Shown here: positions 55,007-64,000 of the stretch, piece by piece | Layout: each line of letters opens with the position of its first letter | How positions within the stretch are numbered: the stretch's first letter is position 1 | Translations under genes and position numbers: made by a program | Notes under the pieces: model-generated | What the model was told of the DNA's origin: nothing | The model's input: the letters and a program-made list of their open reading frames with translations, nothing else | The model's database searches: none | IMG/VR virus record: IMGVR_UViG_3300024268_000045 | Length of the DNA stretch: 64,000 nucleotides | Direction: 5' to 3' (one strand) | Source of the DNA: an uncultured virus (IMG/VR IMGVR_UViG_3300024268_000045) | Lineage: Duplodnaviria; Heunggongvirae; Uroviricota; Caudoviricetes

Positions 55007-57319
55007 TCCTGAGAATGCTTTTGTCATATCGTTCCAAGCATTACCTACATCAGTGCCTGCATTGTTTACGCTCTTAACATAAGCTTCACCACGATCTTTT
55101 GCCCACTTTTCTGCTCTTTTCATTGGCGTTTGTTTTCCCATAGCATAATCAATTGCAGCATCAATAAACATACCCATTTGTGATGTTACCCAAGTGCCTG
55201 CATCATCATAAGTATCAAGTTTATAAAATCTTTTGTAAATAAAGTCATAAGTAAAATTAACAGGACCTGCATTTTCTCTTTCAAACTTTATTGCATCTGA
55301 TGTGCCAAGAATCTTAACATCTTCAAAAATAAATCTTTCGTCCATCTTATCAGTAAGTTTTGTTCTGAACTTAAAAGATGGTGTTGTTCTTTTTACAATT
55401 ATGTCAAGTCTTTTTGTGGTTTTTAATACATTGAACAAGTCATCTTTCTTTGCAGGAGTTGATATAACTGAAATGTTTTTACTTAAAGCTTCAGTAACAT
55501 AATTGAATCCTGTCTTATCAAAATGAAGATTTTTGAGGTCTTGTTTTCTTTTTGTATTAAGCTCCTCTTTTTCTTTATCAAGTTCTTCACAATGGTCATA
55601 ATATGCTTTTGCGCATTCTTTACGCTTATTCCAATGGTCATATATATAAAGAGCTTCAAGATCCTTTTTGTATTCATCAACTTCTGCTTGAATCTTTTTC
55701 TTTTCATCTCGTTCAGCTTTAAGTTTTGCAAAAAAGCCTTCTGCCTTCTCACTATCCGACTTTTCTTTATTCTTTTTCTTCTTTGTATCTTCAATGTATC
55801 TTTCAGTATCAAACTGCATCTGACTTCTTAAATGTGTGTAGAAGCCACTGAGGTCAGTATGTTCTTTCAAATACTTTTCTTTTTGTTCTTCAACATACTT
55901 TTCATACTTATCAGAGTCTTCATCAGAAAACTTCGCTTTCTTACCTGCAATAAAGTCATTTACGATTGAAGTAGAGTCTTCTTCCAAAGCAACTTTCCAA
56001 TCAGCTTCATATTGTTCATCAAGTTCTTTTTGCTTTTTGAGAATTTCTTCAAGGTGGTCCTCATAATCATCTTGTATCTTTGCAGCAGCTGAGTTCTCTA
56101 ATCCTTTAGTAATTGCTGAACCTTTACCAAATAAGTTTGACATATCAGTTCCTGCAAGTTCATTGAATGCTGAAATGTAGGCAAGTTTTGTATCGCCTCT
56201 TATTGAGAATGAAGAGCGCCCAGGTGTGTCAATTCCATCAAGAGGTCTTTCAACAACGCCACTTGCATAATTGATTGTGCCTGATTTTCTTTGATATGCT
56301 GGAATGTCGATTGAAGATATACGAGCAGATAACAATGTTGATGAGAATAAAGCTTTAATGAATGCTTGTCCTCTGCCAAGCAATTTTGTATCGTGTGTAT
56401 CATCATCTCTTATTCTGAAGTAGACATCATACATATTTGACATTGCGTCAGGATAGTTGATTGCTTCCATCTCAGTTAAAGGCTGATTACCAAATTTCAT
56501 ATTTATAACTGGGTCAGCATCATAATCAATTGTATCTGAAACTGATGTTGTGTACACATCCTTCATATTGCTGTAATCTGTAGGAGAAGGCGTTACAGGA
56601 TTTAAGTCAGCTACAGGCTCTTCCATAACAGGGAGAGGATTTCCTACATCAAGAGGATTTGCTCTTAGCATTGGGATTGCAGGATTTATACCTATACCAG
56701 TACCGAACGCACCATCAGATGAACTGCCTGTAACTGAGTCTTTTGTATTTTCAGCATAAGAATTGCTATCACCGTCATTCCCGTTTCCGTTACCGCCACC
56801 TGAAGAGCTGTTGTTATGATTGCTTAAGTCATCAACAACACCCTTTAAAACTCCGTATAAAAACTGGGCAGCGCCTTCAGATTCATTTTGATTTACATTA
56901 CCAATTTTGCCATAATTACTTGTTGCTTCTGAAAACATTCCTGTTTCAAAACCGTCAGCAATAACATTTACAATCTTTCCATAAGGGTCGCCTGCAGGGC
57001 CTGTGATATTGACTTCATTGGCAATCTCTTCGCCTTTATACCCATTTACATTTCTTTCAGTAAAGATGTCGCCGTTGTTTATAACAGCATTGTCTGTTTC
57101 ACCATAAGGCGTAGGACCTTGAGCGCCTGTGTTACTGTTCAAGCTTATTGTTGAGGAACCATCATCTTTTGAAGTTGTCTGACCGTTATATGAAGTTGGA
57201 CTTGAAAACTTATTTGCGCCACTTTCTGGGCCTTTTCCTTTATACTGACCCTCTCCATTTTCAGGAATGTCATCTGGTCCTGATTGGTCAAATATACTTA
57301 ATCTGTAAGAATCTGCCAT
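55001..57319 (-). CDS. Tail-tube-fold paralog with large insertions (possible tube initiator / baseplate junction)
   Basis: DAMSNMYDV, ARISSIDIP and FIFEDV..KF..A..VNFTYDF align with the adjacent tube protein. Confidence 0.6.
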   Translation of the reverse strand: MADSYRLSIFDQSGPDDIPENGEGQYKGKGPESGANKFSSPTSYNGQTTSKDDGSSTISLNSNTGAQGPTPYGETDNAVINNGDIFTERNVNGYKGEEIANEVNITGPAGDPYGKIVNVIADGFETGMFSEATSNYGKIGNVNQNESEGAAQFLYGVLKGVVDDLSNHNNSSSGGGNGNGNDGDSNSYAENTKDSVTGSSSDGAFGTGIGINPAIPMLRANPLDVGNPLPVMEEPVADLNPVTPSPTDYSNMKDVYTTSVSDTIDYDADPVINMKFGNQPLTEMEAINYPDAMSNMYDVYFRIRDDDTHDTKLLGRGQAFIKALFSSTLLSARISSIDIPAYQRKSGTINYASGVVERPLDGIDTPGRSSFSIRGDTKLAYISAFNELAGTDMSNLFGKGSAITKGLENSAAAKIQDDYEDHLEEILKKQKELDEQYEADWKVALEEDSTSIVNDFIAGKKAKFSDEDSDKYEKYVEEQKEKYLKEHTDLSGFYTHLRSQMQFDTERYIEDTKKKKNKEKSDSEKAEGFFAKLKAERDEKKKIQAEVDEYKKDLEALYIYDHWNKRKECAKAYYDHCEELDKEKEELNTKRKQDLKNLHFDKTGFNYVTEALSKNISVISTPAKKDDLFNVLKTTKRLDIIVKRTTPSFKFRTKLTDKMDERFIFEDVKILGTSDAIKFERENAGPVNFTYDFIYKRFYKLDTYDDAGTWVTSQMGMFIDAAIDYAMGKQTPMKRAEKWAKDRGEAYVKSVNNAGTDVGNAWNDMTKAFSGL

Positions 57320-57336
57320 ATTGAAAAATTAGTCAT

Positions 57337-57369
57337 AAAAAATGGCGGTCATAAGAGACCGCCATAAAA
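57337..57369. terminator. Terminator after the tail tube gene
   Basis: ATGGCGGTC/GACCGCCAT stem with a U-tract on the minus strand. Confidence 0.75.
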
Positions 57370-57393
57370 CAGATAATTGCTTATCTAGGAAAA

Positions 57394-58041
57394 TTACAAG
57401 TTTGTGTTTCCTTCACCTGGGTTTCCTGCAGCGAAGCCTGGGTATTTAACCTTACCGAACTTGAAGTCAACTGTGAACTTGATAACGTCTGCGCCGTCAG
57501 TTGAGAACTTAGGCATTGTAACTTTTGTTACGATACAGTTCTCAAATACCCACTGAAGACCACCTTTGATAAGTCCTTCACCTGGGCCTGCATTTGGATT
57601 TGAGTATTCCTCAAGTCCTTTAGGTGCACCTGCTAATGCGCCTGCTGCTGAGTTTCCTGCTGCAACGATAGCAGAGTCAATTGTTTTAACAGTTACTTTA
57701 CCAACTTTGTCGATATTTGCGTTTGATACACCACCTGTGTTAGGGTCAACGTGCCAAGAAAGCAAAGAAGTAAATGCCTGATAAAGTCCATATTTTGCAT
57801 CCATTCTAAACTCGAGTGAGAATGCTCTTTCAAAATTCTGCTCTGTCTTTACACGAGGATATTTAACACCGTGATATGCATTTTCATATGTAGGAGCTTC
57901 AACATCAGGAATTTCAAAGCCTGAAGCACGAACAGTTGCGTTCCAGTTAGCAAACTCTAACTGAACATCATACATATTTGTCTGTGCATCAGCGCCTGCT
58001 TCTATCAATGCTTGAAGTCCGCTATTAACTACATCACTCAT
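57394..58041 (-). CDS. Tail tube protein (T4 gp19-like)
   Basis: NMYDV..RASGFEIP..Y.G..FSLEFRMD..W..WVFENC..FTVDF pattern; size; late motif, SD and terminator. Confidence 0.7.
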   Translation of the reverse strand: MSDVVNSGLQALIEAGADAQTNMYDVQLEFANWNATVRASGFEIPDVEAPTYENAYHGVKYPRVKTEQNFERAFSLEFRMDAKYGLYQAFTSLLSWHVDPNTGGVSNANIDKVGKVTVKTIDSAIVAAGNSAAGALAGAPKGLEEYSNPNAGPGEGLIKGGLQWVFENCIVTKVTMPKFSTDGADVIKFTVDFKFGKVKYPGFAAGNPGEGNTNL

Positions 58042-58063
58042 TTCAATCTCCTATGATATTTAT

Positions 58064-58606
58064 TTAGTAACCAAGATGAAGTCTTCGTTCAGCCATTTTT
58101 GCAATAACAGCCAAAGTATTAGGACTTAAATCGTGGTTGTAAAGTGTCGTATTATATTTAGATTTTATAATCATCGCACCGCCAAATGTTCCTAACGCTT
58201 CTGTAACTTGTAAGCAAAGAATACAAGGATGGTCAGGTGTATCTTGTGGGTCTAACATAATCCTAATTATCAAATCATCAGGCACCAAATACACATTATG
58301 TGGCACAACAATCTGATAGATTTCTTTGTTGTCTTCTGCAGCTGCGTTAACTAAAGAATCGACAGTATAGCCACTTTCGATGTTTCCACCAATACGACGA
58401 TAAGGAATATCTTCCATAGGTGGGAAAACAACTGGGATAACATCAGCCATTTGTATGTTTGCATTTTTAGGGTCGCCTTCATCATTTCTCGTAAGTCTTA
58501 TACGAATACAATCTGTAGGTGAGCCTTCGTGTTCAATCTGCAAATCAATGAGTTTTCTTCTTATGTTGTCTTGTTTCATCGCAAGTCTTTGCTGCCAAGT
58601 TCTCAT
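58064..58606 (-). CDS. Putative virion (neck/head-completion) protein
   Basis: ACTAAAT-N4-ATG start; directly upstream of the tube gene; role inferred from context. Confidence 0.45.
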   Translation of the reverse strand: MRTWQQRLAMKQDNIRRKLIDLQIEHEGSPTDCIRIRLTRNDEGDPKNANIQMADVIPVVFPPMEDIPYRRIGGNIESGYTVDSLVNAAAEDNKEIYQIVVPHNVYLVPDDLIIRIMLDPQDTPDHPCILCLQVTEALGTFGGAMIIKSKYNTTLYNHDLSPNTLAVIAKMAERRLHLGY

Positions 58607-58611
58607 ATTTA

Positions 58612-58627
58612 TTTAGTTGACTAAATT
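58612..58627. promoter_or_regulatory. Back-to-back late motifs (ATTTAGT-TG-ACTAAAT) serving divergent genes
   Basis: One ACTAAAT on each strand; a similar overlapping pair lies at 27951-27969. Confidence 0.6.
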
Positions 58628-58665
58628 GTTATGGTGAGTTGCAGGAATGCAGCTATGGAGATAAG

Positions 58666-61212
58666 ATGGATAAGTTTCATAGAAACCCTATGCAAATGCC
58701 ATCAACATCAGAAGCAAAATTTGATGATGCATTTGCTGAATTAAAGCAGCGCGAGCTTCTTTACAATCGCGATAAGAAAGAACTTGGTATTAAAATCGGA
58801 GATAAATTGATTATCCCAAAACCAAGAGTTGATGAATTCAATGTAACATACAATGAAGATGACGAAATTGCATTGAAAGATGATGTTACTGTAGATTCAA
58901 TTACCGCACGAGCAGACCGTCAAGGTGTTGATTGGAAATCACAAACATTATTAGCAGAAACAACAGAAGAAAGAACAGTTATTCTTATATGTGTTAAAGA
59001 TAACGAAAGAGAGACAGGAATGGTTGGCTTTTTCGGTGGCGAAATTGTTGAACTTGGAGAAGATGTTGAAAGTCACTATCAAGTTTCTTTAACTTCAACA
59101 GGTTCTCGTCTTATAAAAGGCGCAACAACAAATAAAAAGAAAGCCAAACCTTGCTTTGTAAAATATAATGGAGATTACTATTACGGACTCCATTTTAAGG
59201 AATCTAGCCCTGCAAAAATTTATCACGCAGGTTGGTCAAATATCCCAGGCCCTCTTGCAGCGCCTTCATACACGACTTACACAGATGGAGATTTCTCAGA
59301 AATCGTCGACCTCGACGATGATTCTGAGACAGGGACGGAAGTAATTGAATTAAGTTGGGCAGACATTGAAAGCTACAACTGGGAATTCATAGGTGAACTT
59401 ACAAGCAGACAAACTGTAAACTTTAGAAACAACTATAATGCAGTTGGCTCAGGCAATAACCGATACTATTCTCTTGCTTCAAACATTCGCTTATATCCTG
59501 TAAACAGAAGCGGCTCAAATGCATCAACAGTTGAACTTCACCCAGGGCGGGGCTCAATTACAGTTGAAGGACGCGATGTAACAAATGTTCGATTTGCTAT
59601 CACTGATGATGTTGGCTATGTTACATTAAGACTTAAGAACTGGGGAGGTATGAACAACATTCCTCGTCAGGGTGCAAATATGGTTATCTTTCATGATAAT
59701 GGCACAGGAAATGCTCCTAACACTGCTCAGCAATTAGAAAGCCATTACTTCCCTTATGCAGCTACAGGCACTGATGGGTATATCTCTGACTTTACTTTCG
59801 GACCACTTCCAAGAGGAACCTATTGGATAAGACAGGGCTCAGGTAATTATAACACAAAGGTTGAATACTACATTCTTCAAACAGAAGCATACTCAGGTGA
59901 AGATGACATAGTAACGGCAGGCGACCATTATGATTATGATTTCAAGCACGGTTTGAAAATCAAAACACATAATGACATTCACTGGGAAACAAGTCGTAAT
60001 GGCAACAGTGGCGTTATTATTTGTGATGCACCTACAAACGAAGTTGACTCAGAAGGCCTTTTACAGGTTGAGGTTTTAGGTCCTTGTAGATTTACAGTTG
60101 GATTTTCTAAACTACCTGATGATGAAGCGCCTACTACAACATTACTTATATCTGAAACTCTTGAAGCTGGGGATGAAGCTTGGCAAAGAGCAGTTCAAGG
60201 ATATTCACGAAATGATGCAGCAATCACTGATGTTACTTATGAGTATTCTGGAAAGTGGGGTAAAAAGCAAACTCTTTATGTTGCAACTGACCGTCCTGCT
60301 GCCATATATTATGCTGCAATTGAATACCCATCATTCTCAGGTGGTGCAATTATTGCAGATATTATTCGTGGCCTTGATGAAACAGGAGAGGACGGCTCAC
60401 CTCATATTATCAGACCTTCAGGCGTTATTGATAAAGCATCTTTAATGACAATTGCAGGCGTATGTCTTAATTCTGAAAAACAGTTGGTAATTGACTTAAG
60501 TAACTGTACTGCTGCCACAGACGCGCAGGATTGGTCAGGTGATGATGATTTGTCAAAACTATTCCAAGGTGCTTCTTCAGTAAATAAGTTTATTTATCCT
60601 AAAGGAACTTTGACTGCAGGTAATGCGCCGTTCTTGAACTGTTCATTCTTAAGAGATATTGAATTTAATGATGAAATGTATCAGCTCGGTTACTCTACGT
60701 GGGTTAACAGAAACCAAGGATTCTTCTCAGGTGCTCGTATTAAAGAAGTATGGCTTCCAAAGCAATTAGGTCAGAGAACAGGTGTTCACGCTTGGGGCGG
60801 ATACTTTATGGCGCAGAACAACGTTATTGGGTTATACATCAGACCTGATTCTTATTATGCTCAGAATAATATAAGCATAGCTAACATATTTACAAATCAA
60901 GATTGGTATAACACAGCGCATCAATTCTGGTCAACTTGGAACTACTCTCGTGGCGACTTCAAAATATATCTTCCTTGTAAACGTATTGGGTCACCTGAAG
61001 ATAATAATTGGGAAACAGGAAATCAATGGCTTTATAATCGTTGGATGAACCAAGTAGGAAATACAACTTTTGCATCAGTAATGAACGAGTATTTGTCAAG
61101 CGTTACAAAAAATGTTCCTTCTTTGGAAAGAACAGACCTTGTAAGAGACCACTTGGTTCCTTATGATGTAAATGAAATGTGGTATGAGCCAAGATGTTTG
61201 GATCTTGTGTAA
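58666..61212 (+). CDS. Putative receptor-binding/virion protein with beta-rich domains and a C-terminal LRR-like region
   Basis: SD GGAG before MDKFHR; LVIDLSNC..FQGASSVNKFIYP..FLNCSFL. Confidence 0.5.
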   Translation: MDKFHRNPMQMPSTSEAKFDDAFAELKQRELLYNRDKKELGIKIGDKLIIPKPRVDEFNVTYNEDDEIALKDDVTVDSITARADRQGVDWKSQTLLAETTEERTVILICVKDNERETGMVGFFGGEIVELGEDVESHYQVSLTSTGSRLIKGATTNKKKAKPCFVKYNGDYYYGLHFKESSPAKIYHAGWSNIPGPLAAPSYTTYTDGDFSEIVDLDDDSETGTEVIELSWADIESYNWEFIGELTSRQTVNFRNNYNAVGSGNNRYYSLASNIRLYPVNRSGSNASTVELHPGRGSITVEGRDVTNVRFAITDDVGYVTLRLKNWGGMNNIPRQGANMVIFHDNGTGNAPNTAQQLESHYFPYAATGTDGYISDFTFGPLPRGTYWIRQGSGNYNTKVEYYILQTEAYSGEDDIVTAGDHYDYDFKHGLKIKTHNDIHWETSRNGNSGVIICDAPTNEVDSEGLLQVEVLGPCRFTVGFSKLPDDEAPTTTLLISETLEAGDEAWQRAVQGYSRNDAAITDVTYEYSGKWGKKQTLYVATDRPAAIYYAAIEYPSFSGGAIIADIIRGLDETGEDGSPHIIRPSGVIDKASLMTIAGVCLNSEKQLVIDLSNCTAATDAQDWSGDDDLSKLFQGASSVNKFIYPKGTLTAGNAPFLNCSFLRDIEFNDEMYQLGYSTWVNRNQGFFSGARIKEVWLPKQLGQRTGVHAWGGYFMAQNNVIGLYIRPDSYYAQNNISIANIFTNQDWYNTAHQFWSTWNYSRGDFKIYLPCKRIGSPEDNNWETGNQWLYNRWMNQVGNTTFASVMNEYLSSVTKNVPSLERTDLVRDHLVPYDVNEMWYEPRCLDLV

Positions 61213-61400
61213 AAATGGCACAGCTTTCAAAAAATGATATACTAACTAATTACTAAAACAATTTGTGTAGTGCTTAATATATGCAGATAAGCGGGAATTA
61301 TATACCGCAAAAAGTAGGGTTTTATATATCTAAATATATCGTTCAAGTACACCACATTCTTGTTTTAATTTTCAACAATAAAATAAGGAAAGGTGAAAAA

Positions 61401-63032
61401 ATGAGTGCAACATCAGTAATTGCAGGTCAGAAAGACGCTGCAGCATTGCGTGAGGCAACAAGAAAAACTCTCGCAAAAACAGAAAGAGAATTCCGTGGAG
61501 CTAAGTTCGTAGAATCTTGGTCTCGTATCCCTAAAATCGGTGCAGGTTTGAATAAGCTTCCTGAAGCAGTAGCTCGTAACACAGCTATCAACCTTCAGAC
61601 ACAGGCTGCTTCAATGGCAAAAATGACAGAAGCACAGCTTTCAACTTCATTCCAAGGTTTCACACCTGAGAATATGTTGAGACTTGTTCGTTTAGCAATG
61701 CCTAACACTTGCCGTAACAAGGTATTCACAGAGTTCGCTATGGAGTCAGCAAAGGACTCTATCAAATACATCAAACCTGTTTATTCAAAGACAGTTGATG
61801 GTAGTGATCTTCACGACAAGCACACTGCTAACAAAGAAGGTGCTTATCAGGATGCATCAAAGTATAAAGATGTTTACAATGACATCAACGAAGACGATTT
61901 CCAGAGAGCTCTCTATGAGAACACTGAAGACCGCTTCACTCAGGAGCTTGTAAACATTCAGGGTACAGATGGAGTGTTCACAATCCCTGCAACTCCTGCT
62001 GCTGATGCAAATCCTTTTGTTAAAGCATCAAAGCTCATCCCAGGTTATATGAAAGTATACGTTGGTGATGAAACACATCCAGTTGCTGAAGAGAACAAAA
62101 GAACAGGAAACTTCTTCGTAAACACAGACGACTATCCTAACGCAAAAGTAACAAAGACTGTAGACGACGAAACTGGTGATATCACAATCAAAGTTGAAGG
62201 CGTTGAAGGCGACGTTAAAGTATTTGCACGTTTCGATATGGAAGACGACTTCCTCGGAACAAACCTTGGTGAGATTGAACTCGTAATGAGCGACTACAAG
62301 TTTGAACCACGTCCAACAACAATTGGTGTTACTTGGTCACAGCTTGCTGAAATCACTCTTGACGCTTCATTCGGTCTTTCAGCTCAGGATATGTTGGTAC
62401 AGTATGCAGGTGATGCAATCCGTATCAATCTCGACCTCCGTTCATTCAAGCTTGCTTACGGTGTAGCTCGTTCAAACAAGGACTATATCGTTGAGTTCGA
62501 TGCTGCTTATGGTAACGGTGAAAACATCGAAGGTTACTTCCACACAGCTCAGACATTCCCATCTGCAGTTGATACAGTAACTGACGTTATGGTAAACGAC
62601 ATCAACCGTGGTGGCGTTTCAAGAATGGTTGCAGGTTTCTCTGCAGGTTCTTACCTCAAACTCGTTAAGGGTACATTCTCTGACAAAGGCCGTCAGGCTG
62701 CAAAGGGTATTTACCAGATTGGTGAGTTCGGTGGAATCCCAACATTCAAGGCTCCTTCAAGCATTATCCCAACAAATGAGATTATGTGTGTATGGAAGGA
62801 CGACGAAAACGAAGGCGACGTTGCAATCGCATTCGGTACATTGGTTCCATTCTTCAACACTGGTATCATCCAGAGAAAGAACTTCTATAAAGAAGCTGGT
62901 CTTGCAACATATGGTGACTGGGCAGTACTTAACAGACGTTATCTCGCTCTTATCCGTATCAAGGGATTGAAGGATACAACAGACGGCCGCGTAGGTGGTA
63001 TGTTGAAATATTCACAGGGTCCAAAGGACTAA
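61401..63032 (+). CDS. Major capsid protein (T4 gp23-like; start MSATSV)
   Basis: TIGVTWSQLAEITLDASFGLSAQDML..AIRINLD, IGEFGG and GLATYG resemble gp23; highly expressed codon bias; strong terminators. Confidence 0.82.
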   Translation: MSATSVIAGQKDAAALREATRKTLAKTEREFRGAKFVESWSRIPKIGAGLNKLPEAVARNTAINLQTQAASMAKMTEAQLSTSFQGFTPENMLRLVRLAMPNTCRNKVFTEFAMESAKDSIKYIKPVYSKTVDGSDLHDKHTANKEGAYQDASKYKDVYNDINEDDFQRALYENTEDRFTQELVNIQGTDGVFTIPATPAADANPFVKASKLIPGYMKVYVGDETHPVAEENKRTGNFFVNTDDYPNAKVTKTVDDETGDITIKVEGVEGDVKVFARFDMEDDFLGTNLGEIELVMSDYKFEPRPTTIGVTWSQLAEITLDASFGLSAQDMLVQYAGDAIRINLDLRSFKLAYGVARSNKDYIVEFDAAYGNGENIEGYFHTAQTFPSAVDTVTDVMVNDINRGGVSRMVAGFSAGSYLKLVKGTFSDKGRQAAKGIYQIGEFGGIPTFKAPSSIIPTNEIMCVWKDDENEGDVAIAFGTLVPFFNTGIIQRKNFYKEAGLATYGDWAVLNRRYLALIRIKGLKDTTDGRVGGMLKYSQGPKD

Positions 63033-63037
63033 TCAAT

Positions 63038-63090
63038 GGGGCGTAAGCCCCTTGTAGAAATAAAAAAGGCAACCGAAAGGTTGCCTTGTT
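63038..63090. terminator. Tandem hairpins / bidirectional terminator after the capsid gene
   Basis: GGGGC-GTAA-GCCCC and AAGGCAACC-GAAA-GGTTGCCTT. Confidence 0.8.
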
Positions 63091-63111
63091 CATTTTAAAT
63101 CAATTGTTTTA

Positions 63112-63585
63112 CTAAAGAATGTATTGCCAAACAAGTCTTGGAACAATCATTCCTTTTTCACGGATCCATTTAAACTTCTGAATTGATGCCTTATTGCTTA
63201 ATGACTTTATCAGGCCAAGAACGATTTCGATATATTCTTTTGCATTATCTGTAAGTTTGTAATGTCCACGATTTTTCTTGTAATCTGAAGCCCATTCAAA
63301 AACATTTGGATTTGCACGGAGCGGTTCCAAATTTGAAGGAGTTGAAGAAAATTTGGTAAGCTGCTTATAAGTAACTTCACCATCATTCTGATAAACAAAA
63401 AGCAAAGTCATAAACCAATCTGAAATTACCATATCGCCGTCTGCATCGATCTTAAAAGGATATGTGCAGTGAATTGATGGGGTAAAACGATATTTTGGAT
63501 TTGCAGGAAGAGACATAAGTTTGCCTGTATGAATCCCGTATTTGTAAGAAAGGTTCCTAAGCAGTTTTGTATATATGATACTCAT
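63112..63585 (-). CDS. Hypothetical early protein
   Basis: SD AAGGAG after an early promoter. Confidence 0.6.
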   Translation of the reverse strand: MSIIYTKLLRNLSYKYGIHTGKLMSLPANPKYRFTPSIHCTYPFKIDADGDMVISDWFMTLLFVYQNDGEVTYKQLTKFSSTPSNLEPLRANPNVFEWASDYKKNRGHYKLTDNAKEYIEIVLGLIKSLSNKASIQKFKWIREKGMIVPRLVWQYIL

Positions 63586-63608
63586 AATTTGCTCCTTTTA
63601 CTGTTATT

Positions 63609-63645
63609 ACAATAATAATATAAAGAAGTAAATATGAAAGTTTAA
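63609..63645 (-). promoter_or_regulatory. Putative early promoter
   Basis: TTAAAC-N17-TATATTATTATTGT. Confidence 0.75.
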
Positions 63646-64000
63646 ATTATATAAAGATTTTGTGCAATTTGTTTGATATAGGAGTCAATTTCATTTACGA
63701 CTTGGGAAAGGTGTTTTGTCAAGTGAATTTCTTGATTTTGCAAACCACCTGAAGCAGCGTGTTTTTCATCCCAAATGCCTTTTCCTTTTTCGCCTGTAAA
63801 CTTGTAAATTGATAAGTTGTGTTTTGCAAGTCCTTCCCAACAACCCTGCCAATAAAATGATGGGTCATCAGAATAAAACTTTACATCACAACTGTGAATT
63901 GCTTTTTTAAGTGCCTGCTCAAGTTGTCCATAACCCATATTCTTTTCATCTTTAAGATATTGTCCAACTTTATAAAAGCGAAGACACAATGTGTATTGCT
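63642..64000 (-). CDS. Hypothetical protein, probably truncated by the window edge
   Basis: Open frame runs to the end of the window. Confidence 0.5.
   Translation of the reverse strand, partial: QYTLCLRFYKVGQYLKDEKNMGYGQLEQALKKAIHSCDVKFYSDDPSFYWQGCWEGLAKHNLSIYKFTGEKGKGIWDEKHAASGGLQNQEIHLTKHLSQVVNEIDSYIKQIAQNLYII

Overview
AT-rich 64-kb segment of a large, T4-distant, contractile-tailed (jumbo-type) bacteriophage using the standard genetic code. Virion genes are scattered: a prohead protease fused to a scaffold, a gp23-like major capsid protein about 59 kb away on the opposite strand, a tail tube protein plus a paralog, and tail/baseplate proteins. Replication and recombination genes include DnaB, a DnaC-like loader, a putative SSB, a DinG-like helicase, SbcC/gp46 and a RecU-like resolvase. 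Nucleotide and DNA-modification genes include a gp42-like dCMP hydroxymethylase, dCMP deaminase, and C5- and N4/N6-methyltransferases. The window also holds a sigma factor, a tmRNA, two IS200/IS605 elements and three homing endonucleases. Three promoter-like motif classes can be read from the sequence. Most notable: (1) a four-unit structured RNA array downstream of the tmRNA, each unit GUUU-hairpin-UGGYGG and complementary to tRNA/tmRNA CCA ends; (2) a stand-alone 141-aa piece of a family A DNA polymerase ending in an intein/Hint-like tail; (3) an HNH endonuclease inserted at the catalytic motif of a methyltransferase and followed by a replacement N-terminus; (4) a late-expressed, possibly head-packaged sigma factor and MqsR-like RNase. 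All protein calls are by motif recognition only; no database searches were run.
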